DNA of 24,000 nt from Grimontia hollisae CIP 101886 (GCF_000176515.1 NZ_ADAQ01000013.1:1361-25360), one strand, 5' to 3'; positions 1 to 10,928 are shown, counted from the stretch's first letter. The notes: generated from the letters alone by a model not told the origin. Program-made: numbers and translations.

Positions 1-100
1 GCAGCTTGTTGCCCGCAGAATCGAGGATGCAGACATAAAGAATGCGCGCATGCAGATCGATGCCGCAGTAATAATCATGCTGTTGGTTATAGAATCTCAT
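1..100 (-). CDS. IS110-family transposase, first 33 codons only (gene runs off the left edge)
   Basis: Reverse-strand ATG at 98-100, preceded by GGAGAAG (rc of 105-111). Translation is MRFYNQQHDYYCGIDLHARILYVCILDSAGNKL, the YCGIDLH...VCILD N-terminal pattern typical of IS110-family DEDD transposases. Absent from the ORF track because it is truncated. Confidence 0.6.
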   Translation of the reverse strand, partial: MRFYNQQHDYYCGIDLHARILYVCILDSAGNKL

Positions 101-169
101 TGAGTCTTCTCCGTTTGGTTTCGTCGCCTTCCAGCTTAGCCGGACGGTTAAGTTGGAGGAGAAGGCTCA
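101..169 (-). promoter_or_regulatory. 5' leader inverted repeat able to sequester the transposase RBS and start region
   Basis: 101-112 tgagtcttctcc and 158-169 ggagaaggctca are reverse complements (11/12). In the minus-strand RNA the upstream arm pairs with GGAGAAGACUCA, which lies immediately 5' of the AUG. Confidence 0.4.
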
Positions 170-175
170 ATGAGT

Positions 176-296
176 ATCAAACTGTTTAAGAGGGATTCAC
201 AACGCTTGGCATTTTTGGTTTAATTCGGCTTAAGTGTTTACGGCACAATGGTTTAGGTTAGGTGGTGGCGTTGTTCACCACTTAACGCGGCTACAT
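176..296 (+). repeat. Integron attC site 1 (Vibrio-repeat class), proximal part up to the IS insertion point
   Basis: R''-like ATCAAAC at 176-182. The block 180-215 matches 2278-2313 at 33/36 nt (aactgtt[tc]aagagggattc[ag]caacgc[tg]tggcatttt). acaacgc (199-205) pairs with gcgttgt (268-274). The 3' arm ends ...cttaacgcggcta, then CAT. Confidence 0.65.
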
Positions 297-543
297 GGAT
301 TCCCCCGTTCGTCAAACATCCGCTAAACTTTTGAAGATAGGTTTTGGACTGCCGCTCTACATTCGGCCTTTCGCTGACTCACGTCATGGCCCTGATGACA
401 TTGCGCGGTTGCAGTGCCTCATTCGTTAGAAGGCATCAATGTGCCCGCCGCATTAACAGGCTCTCTGCAAATGGTCTTAACCTTTCCTCATCAGCTGCGT
501 CTGCAATGACCCGGTTGGTGTGTTTCCTTGCGCCGCCTCTTAC
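297..543 (-). ncRNA. Candidate bridge RNA / seekRNA of the IS (3' non-coding tail)
   Basis: No credible ORF. Hairpin 351-354/364-367 presents CTACATTCG (357-365), which equals left flank cta + CAT + right flank tcg of the empty site. Hairpin 415-419/431-435 presents (T)CATTCGTTAG (419-429), identical to 1630-1640. GTCATGG (383-389) and the rc of ATGACAT (394-400) match the end-to-end junction ...ccATGTCATGGatt. Strand is assumed to be that of the transposase. Confidence 0.5.
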
Positions 544-1566
544 TTAGGCGGCGTAGTCTTGATACTCAGTTTGGTTGTGTAACAGTGCCCAGATAATCCG
601 GGCGTTCTTGGCTGCTAAAGCGACAATGGCGCGGTTCATTCCTCGTCGTTCGAGGACGTTTCTCCCCCAGACGCTGAGCCTGTCCTGTTTTTCACCCAAG
701 TTCGTAATGACGGCTCTCGCGCCATGAACCAAGAGCGTGCGTAGGTATTTGTCACCGCGTTTACTTATCCGCCCAAGTCTGGGTTTACCGCCAGTTGAAT
801 ACTGTTTGGGCACCAGCCCAAGCCAGGCGGCAAAGTCTCTGCCGGAGTCGAACTGTTCGCCTTTACCAATGGTGGCAATAATTGCGGTTGCCGTTTGAGG
901 ACCAATGCCTCGAACCTTAAGAATACGCTGCGCATTGGGGCTGGCCTTGGTCACCATGTCAAAGCACAGTTCGGTGTCGTCGATGCGTTGGTTGAGTACT
1001 TGTAGATGCTCAAAACAATCACCGAGCACAGCACGAGCAATATCAGGCAGTCCGTTATCCGCGGCTTCGAGAATAAGCGGAACATCACGTTGAATCGCGT
1101 GGCGTCCGGTGGGGATAACTATCCCAAACTCAGCGAGCAGGGCACGAATGCGATTAATGAGCGCGGTGCGTTCTTGAACCCAATGTTCCCGCATTCGGTG
1201 GATGGAGAGAATCGCCTGTCGTTCAGGTGATTTAACAGGAACGAAGCGGGTGGCATGGCGCTGAACCGCTTCGCAGATAGCGATGGCGTCATTGAGGTCA
1301 TTCTTGCCTTTAGTACGGTAAGGGGCAACATATTTAGCGGCCATGATTCGGGCATCATGGCCTAACTTGATGAACTCTCTTGCCCAATAATGCGCCCCAG
1401 AGCACGCTTCGATGCCTATACGCATGGTTGACATATTTGCTAATGTAGTCAGCAATTTAGCGCGTGATACGGATTTGTGAAGAATGACCTTTCCTCGGTC
1501 ATCAACCGCGTGCAGGGAGAAGTGGTGTTTGGCGAGGTCAACGCCACAAAAGAATTGAGAAGACAT
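544..1566 (-). CDS. IS110-family (IS1111-type) transposase, 340 aa
   Basis: ORF-track 544..1593 trimmed to the ATG at 1564-1566, which has GGAGGT 6 nt upstream. N-terminus is MSSQFFCGVDLAKHHF...IGIEACSGAHYW (DEDD/RuvC-like domain). C-terminal part has ...RGIGPQTATAIIATIG...AAWLGLVPKQYSTGGKPRLGRISKRGDKYLR (Transposase_20-type helix-hairpin-helix module). Confidence 0.9.
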   Translation of the reverse strand: MSSQFFCGVDLAKHHFSLHAVDDRGKVILHKSVSRAKLLTTLANMSTMRIGIEACSGAHYWAREFIKLGHDARIMAAKYVAPYRTKGKNDLNDAIAICEAVQRHATRFVPVKSPERQAILSIHRMREHWVQERTALINRIRALLAEFGIVIPTGRHAIQRDVPLILEAADNGLPDIARAVLGDCFEHLQVLNQRIDDTELCFDMVTKASPNAQRILKVRGIGPQTATAIIATIGKGEQFDSGRDFAAWLGLVPKQYSTGGKPRLGRISKRGDKYLRTLLVHGARAVITNLGEKQDRLSVWGRNVLERRGMNRAIVALAAKNARIIWALLHNQTEYQDYAA

Positions 1567-1630
1567 GGTTACCTCCGGTATTTGATGCAACACCTAAGTG
1601 TGGCAAATCCTCGTGAGGGGGAATCCATGT

Positions 1631-1642
1631 CATTCGTTAGTT
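1631..1642 (+). repeat. attC-1 distal remainder: second CAT copy, tc, then R' core GTTAGTT
   Basis: cattcGTTAGTT lies immediately after the right IS inverted repeat. GTTAGTT (1636-1642) fits GTTRRRY and pairs with ATCAAAC (5/7, including AAC:GTT). The next cassette would start after G1636. Confidence 0.55.
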
Positions 1643-1657
1643 CCCCAGAGGAAGCAA

Positions 1658-1936
1658 TCAATCCGCAGGGAATTTTTGTTTCTGGTGGAGTACACGCATA
1701 ACTCGGATGATATCGCCTTCGACCCAGTAAGAGACAATCATCGAAATCTCAGGAATAATGAGCAATCGTCCGCGGATGCCATCTCGTTGTACACCCATTA
1801 AAGGTTGTTCAAGCAAGTTTTCTACTTTGGCTTCAATGAGGTAGTCAGTCTTTTCTGCCGCATCAGGGTTGAAGTCATAGAGAAACTCGAAGATCTTTTC
1901 ACGATCATTAAGTGACTCTTCTTCCCATAAAATCAT
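1658..1936 (-). CDS. RelE/ParE-superfamily type II toxin, 92 aa
   Basis: Small basic protein ending ...IVSYWVEGDIIRVMRVLHQKQKF, typical of the RelE/ParE fold. Its start overlaps the upstream antitoxin stop (ATGA, 1933-1936). Located in an integron cassette. Confidence 0.8.
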   Translation of the reverse strand: MILWEEESLNDREKIFEFLYDFNPDAAEKTDYLIEAKVENLLEQPLMGVQRDGIRGRLLIIPEISMIVSYWVEGDIIRVMRVLHQKQKFPAD

Positions 1937-2217
1937 TGCTTACCTCGATTACGGATTCTGGCTTTGCGCTCTTCCATTCGAGATTTAGCAGTTTGGTGCT
2001 CAACGAAAACGGATTTTCCTGAGTCAAACTTCTCAAATGCTAGGTTTACTTGTTCAGTTAGCCATGCATCGTGAGATAATGTTTTTCTTTGTTGTTCAGC
2101 GAGTTGCTCAGTAAGTTCACGGCATGCGTCACTCAGAGTGCGACCTTGGCTCTCAGCCATTTGTTGAGCTAGGCGTTTTGTTTCTTCATCAACACGAAAT
2201 TGAATTCTAGTGTCCAT
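1933..2217 (-). CDS. RelB/DinJ-family antitoxin, 94 aa
   Basis: N-terminus MDTRIQFRVDEETKRLAQQMAESQGRTLSDACRE is the ribbon-helix-helix pattern of RelB/DinJ antitoxins. AAGGA RBS. 4-nt overlap with the toxin gene. Confidence 0.8.
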   Translation of the reverse strand: MDTRIQFRVDEETKRLAQQMAESQGRTLSDACRELTEQLAEQQRKTLSHDAWLTEQVNLAFEKFDSGKSVFVEHQTAKSRMEERKARIRNRGKQ

Positions 2218-2246
2218 GATTTATTCCTTTGTTGGTGTGTGTACAA

Positions 2247-2275
2247 ATGTTAGCACTGGGCTTTGAGATGGGCAA
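2247..2275 (-). promoter_or_regulatory. Putative sigma70 promoter of the relB/relE-type operon
   Basis: On the minus strand: TTGCCC (2275-2270), 17 nt, TAACAT (2252-2247). The -35 overlaps the R'' box of attC-2. A TGTACA palindrome lies just downstream. Confidence 0.3.
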
Positions 2276-2396
2276 CTAACTGTTCAAGAGGGATTCGCAA
2301 CGCGTGGCATTTTCATTATGCGTTGGTTTTAGTGTTTAAGGTGGTATGCGGCGGCTTCGGTATTGCGTTGCTCACCTTTACAGGGCTAGGTTTTTA
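2274..2396 (+). repeat. Integron attC site 2 (same repeat family as attC-1), 123 bp
   Basis: R''-like AACTAAC at 2274-2280. Conserved 5' block 2278-2313. gcaacgc (2298-2304) pairs with gcgttgc (2365-2371). The 3' arm ...ctcacctttacagggctag is followed by R' GTTTTTA at 2390-2396. Confidence 0.7.
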
Positions 2397-2415
2397 GGGA
2401 GAGGAGGGAACCCTT

Positions 2416-2850
2416 ATGGAATTACAACAGTTTGTCAAAGAAGCTTTGATTCAAATTAATCAAGGTGTTAAAGAGGCACAGTCTGAAATTCGTCAGGCTG
2501 GCGGTAGCTTAAACCCTGCGATTAGAATTAGCCCGAAGTCATCGGAGTCACATGTATCCTCATTAAGTGATGGGCAAAATATATACACGGTAGACTTTGA
2601 TATTGCTATATCTGTAGCAGAGAACTCCGATACATCTGCCGATGGGAAATTGACTGTGGCTTCAGTCTTATCGTTTGGTGGAGGAGCGACCTCCTCTGAA
2701 TCTAACTCAACATTAAGTAAGATTGCTTTTAAAGTTCCATTAGCTCTTCCGGTTGACCCAGAATCTAGTCAGCGGCTAAAAGAGCAGGATTTGCAAAATC
2801 AAAGAGAAATGGAGCGCTTGAACAATCAAACTTATGACACGGGCTGGTAA
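2416..2850 (+). CDS. Cassette-encoded hypothetical protein, 144 aa (possible trypco2-like small domain)
   Basis: Begins 20 nt after attC-2 with a strong RBS (GGAGGG 2403-2408). Same orientation as the array. Pattern is an N-terminal helix, then IYTVDFDIAISV...GKLTVASVLSFGGGATSSESNSTLSKIAFKVPLALP, then a charged coiled tail. The function call is only a recollection of a family pattern. Confidence 0.6.
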   Translation: MELQQFVKEALIQINQGVKEAQSEIRQAGGSLNPAIRISPKSSESHVSSLSDGQNIYTVDFDIAISVAENSDTSADGKLTVASVLSFGGGATSSESNSTLSKIAFKVPLALPVDPESSQRLKEQDLQNQREMERLNNQTYDTGW

Positions 2851-2981
2851 ACCTAACACATATGAGCCCTTCTCCGGTCAATAGGCAATAGCATTCTTTT
2901 GGCTGCGCCAGCAGCCAATGCTCTCGAACAACAAAGCTGTCTACTTCGTTCTGTCACTTTCGCCGTTAAGTCGTTGCTTAC

Positions 2982-3150
2982 GGCAAACACATATAGAAGG
3001 TCTCTTACTGCGGTCTCACCGCTGCCTGCCAATCGAGTGGCAGGGCCATTAGACATTATTCGGTTAACCCAAGCTGGCGTGGTATGCGGAAACTCAGGCA
3101 TTGCGTGCCTCACACCTCAACGCGACTATGCGTCGAATATTGGGTTAACA
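2982..3150 (+). repeat. Diverged attC site 3 (tentative boundaries)
   Basis: The 3' arm 3103-3128 (gcgtgcctcacacctcaacgcgacta) matches the attC-1 3' arm 268-293 at 19/26 ungapped. A weak 5' arm at 2982-3011 matches 16/30, including GGCAAAC vs ATCAAAC and agaagg vs agaggg. Central hairpin cctgcc/ggcagg at 3025-3030/3039-3044. The first GTT after the arm is GTTAACA at 3144-3150. Confidence 0.4.
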
Positions 3151-3425
3151 TCCATGCTCTTATGAAGAATTCGGATTACCCTGATTTGTTGGCGGCCTGT
3201 TTGCAGATAAAAGATGACGTGACTACCTTGGGAAAATTTTCTGTATCCCTCTCGGATTTCATCGCATGATTTACCGATATCGGGATTTTCCGCTAAAAGC
3301 CAAAATGAGTCATCGAATTGCTTTAAATAAACATTTCGCTGCTCTTTTCCCCAGCGGCGTTGAGTGAATAAAGCAATATCCCGTAAATCGGTTTTAGCGG
3401 CGACAGTCAGATTAAATAGTTTCAT
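3126..3425 (-). CDS. parE: ParE toxin (type II TA, gyrase-poison family), 99 aa
   Basis: MKLFNLTVAAKTDLRDIALFTQRRWGKEQRNVYLKQFDDSFWLLAENPDIGKSCDEIREGYRKF...IRVIRILHKSMDV matches the ParE proteins I recall from Vibrio superintegron cassettes. ATGA overlap with parD (3422-3425). Confidence 0.9.
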   Translation of the reverse strand: MKLFNLTVAAKTDLRDIALFTQRRWGKEQRNVYLKQFDDSFWLLAENPDIGKSCDEIREGYRKFSQGSHVIFYLQTGRQQIRVIRILHKSMDVNPIFDA

Positions 3426-3667
3426 CGACGGTTTTCTTCACTATCGAGTTCATTGACGAAGCTATCAATGTCATAATCAGCGTCATCACTTTGCTCTCCT
3501 TCAACAAGTAATTGACGGAGTGACTGTAGTTTGGTTTCTTGGTTTTCGAGTAAACGTAGCGCAGAACGAATGACTTCACTTGCTGAGCCGTAACGGCCAC
3601 TTTGTATTTGGCTTGTAATAAAGCTATCGAAGTGTTCACCAAGAGTGATACTTGTGTTTTTAGCCAT
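3422..3667 (-). CDS. parD: ParD antitoxin (RHH, ParD/CC2985 family), 81 aa
   Basis: MAKNTSITLGEHFDSFITSQIQSGRYGSASEVIRSALRLLENQETKLQSL is the canonical ParD N-terminal RHH plus helix. Acidic C-terminal tail. Directly upstream of and overlapping parE. Confidence 0.9.
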   Translation of the reverse strand: MAKNTSITLGEHFDSFITSQIQSGRYGSASEVIRSALRLLENQETKLQSLRQLLVEGEQSDDADYDIDSFVNELDSEENRR

Positions 3668-3700
3668 GTGCCTTTCTCCAGAAATACCAAAAAGTACCTA

Positions 3701-3729
3701 ATTATGGTATCAGGTGGCGTTTGGTGCAA
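3701..3729 (-). promoter_or_regulatory. Putative sigma70 promoter of parDE
   Basis: On the minus strand: TTGCAC (3729-3724), 17 nt, CATAAT (3706-3701). Repeated [AG]TACC / GGTAT motifs (3684-3710) around the -10 could be the ParD operator. Confidence 0.35.
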
Positions 3730-3770
3730 GGCGCGCATAACAAGGCTATGAGACACAGCTCTGGTAAGTT
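3713..3770 (+). repeat. Degenerate attC 3' arm (last attC-like element of the array)
   Basis: ggtggcgtt...cataacaaggcta (3713-3748) parallels attC-1 ggtggcgtt...cttaacgcggcta (264-293). Exactly 15 nt later comes GTAAGTT (3764-3770), which is 6/7 to the attC-1 R' GTTAGTT but reads GTA instead of GTT. Confidence 0.35.
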
Positions 3771-3823
3771 TTCTACTTTCATCTCGATCAGATTGTCGAT
3801 TCTACATAAGCCAAGGAGGGGGC

Positions 3824-4363
3824 ATGTTATCACGGAAGAATACGGGGCTTGTTGTCGTGGATGTTCAGGGCAAGCTTGCCCGCTTAGTCCATGACAGTGA
3901 ACGAGTCATTGCCAACTGTGAAACGCTAGTGAAAGGAGCAAGGGCGCTCGGATTGCCGATTATCCTGCTTGAACAAAATCCCGACAAATTAGGTTGCACA
4001 GTTGATGAGCTTAAGGCTCACCTTGATGGTGTCGATCCTATATCCAAATTCACTTTTAATGCCTGTGAAGCACCGGAATTTCTTGAAGCCGTTAAGGCGA
4101 TGAAAGCAGATACCTGGTTAATCTGTGGTATTGAGGCGCATATCTGTGTGTATCAAACAGCAAGAGGCTTGGTGGATGCCGGTTTTAATGTTGAGCTTGT
4201 CAGTGAGTGTGTTTCTTCACGTACATTGTCCAATGTGCAGCTTGGTATAAATCGTTCGAAAGACAATGGTGTAACGATCACGGGGTTGGAAATGTGCCTT
4301 TATGAACTGGTGCAGGACTGCCGTCATCCTGTGTTTAAACAGATACTCAGCCTCGTTCGCTAG
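3824..4363 (+). CDS. Isochorismatase-family cysteine hydrolase, 179 aa
   Basis: GLVVVDVQ near the N-terminus and ...WLICGIEAHICVYQTA (catalytic Cys context) are isochorismatase/nicotinamidase-fold hallmarks. RBS GGAGGGGG precedes the ATG. Confidence 0.85.
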   Translation: MLSRKNTGLVVVDVQGKLARLVHDSERVIANCETLVKGARALGLPIILLEQNPDKLGCTVDELKAHLDGVDPISKFTFNACEAPEFLEAVKAMKADTWLICGIEAHICVYQTARGLVDAGFNVELVSECVSSRTLSNVQLGINRSKDNGVTITGLEMCLYELVQDCRHPVFKQILSLVR

Positions 4364-4410
4364 TATCAGGTCTGGGGCCTTATAATGCAGTTCGCAAAAT
4401 CCCGGCTCAA

Positions 4411-4437
4411 ATATAAAAAGGGCACCATGCGGTGCCC
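4411..4437 (-). terminator. Rho-independent terminator after the transporter gene
   Basis: Stem gggcacc (4420-4426) / ggtgccc (4431-4437), loop atgc, followed on the minus strand by TTTTTATAT (rc of 4411-4419). A second small hairpin, aaagcc/ggcttt at 4447-4462, may serve the convergent + strand gene. Confidence 0.6.
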
Positions 4438-4481
4438 AGGGTGCCTAAAGCCAACAGGCTTTGGTTATTGAGAGTGTAATT

Positions 4482-5918
<1,437 letters not shown>

Positions 5919-5952
5919 CTATCTCCGGTGAATCACGTTGGAATTGGAGGGG

Positions 5953-5985
5953 GAAGGGCTTGTCATGCTAGGCATACAGCCCTTC
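5953..5985 (-). other. Intercistronic stem-loop between ebgC and the transporter gene
   Basis: gaagggct (5953-5960) pairs perfectly with agcccttc (5978-5985), with extra inner pairs (atgc/gcat). The T-run lies only on the + strand side (5986-6000), so on the operon strand it is not a canonical terminator. Confidence 0.4.
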
Positions 5986-5992
5986 TCTTGTT

Positions 5993-9721
<3,729 letters not shown>

Positions 9722-9840
9722 TTAACTTGGTCACGTTTTATATGACCAATGTTGAGCAGGATGTGATCAGCGTAAAGGAATGCGTTTTCAACCGTTTTGG
9801 AAAGTAATAACAGTAAAATTTCGGTAGGAAATAGAAAGGG

Positions 9841-9868
9841 AAATAATAAAGCACTGAAAATTCAGTGC
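9841..9868 (-). terminator. Rho-independent terminator after ebgR
   Basis: Stem gcactga (9851-9857) / tcagtgc (9862-9868), loop aaat. On the minus strand it is followed by TTTATTATTT (rc of 9841-9850). Lies about 30 nt past the ebgR stop. Confidence 0.6.
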
Positions 9869-9896
9869 GTTATTTAAGCAGATTTGAGTCGGTTTT

Positions 9897-10928
<1,032 letters not shown>

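Larger units (their letters stand above)
294..1633 (-). mobile_element. Complete IS110-family insertion sequence of the IS1111 type, inserted in attC-1
   Basis: Perfect 14-bp subterminal inverted repeat: ACATGGATTCCCCC at 293-306 and its reverse complement at 1617-1630. CAT is present at both junctions (294-296 and 1631-1633). Single 340-aa DEDD transposase ORF. Short 5' non-coding end (1567-1630) and long 3' non-coding end (297-543). Removing the element rejoins an attC 3' arm to a GTTAGTT core. Confidence 0.8.

Noticed and set aside
344-547. 67-aa + strand ORF in the IS non-coding tail
   Set aside because: No RBS, Cys/Arg/Ser-rich low-complexity translation, and it lies antisense within the region better explained as the IS guide RNA. 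It ends just inside the transposase gene (4-nt overlap, 544-547).
2851-2971. ACCTAAC ... GTTAAGT as a 121-bp attC for the 144-aa ORF cassette
   Set aside because: The R-box pair and the length are right. However, I could find no L-box or stem complementarity between the two arms, and there is no similarity to the family attC blocks. It is kept only as an observation.
2853-3165. 86-aa minus-strand ORF (2853-3113) and 88-aa plus-strand ORF (2899-3165) filling the cassette trailer
   Set aside because: They are mutually overlapping on opposite strands, use non-ATG or poorly placed starts, and have Ala/Arg/Leu-rich composition typical of chance ORFs in a GC-richer patch. The plus-strand ORF runs into parE. 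The region carries attC-like arms and hairpins instead.
3626-3660. Similarity of atcgaagtgttcaccaagagtgata to the attC 5' arm (atcaaactgtttaagagggattc), suggesting a full attC overlapping parD
   Set aside because: This stretch encodes the conserved ParD N-terminal RHH strand (SITLGEHFD) on the other strand. It lacks the AAC of R'' and needs a 3-nt gap to align. It is probably coincidence or protein-driven constraint. Only the 3' arm (3713-3770) is reported.
3412-3756. 114-aa minus-strand ORF overlapping parD in another frame
   Set aside because: It completely overlaps the well-supported parD gene and its promoter, and shows no RBS or recognisable motifs.
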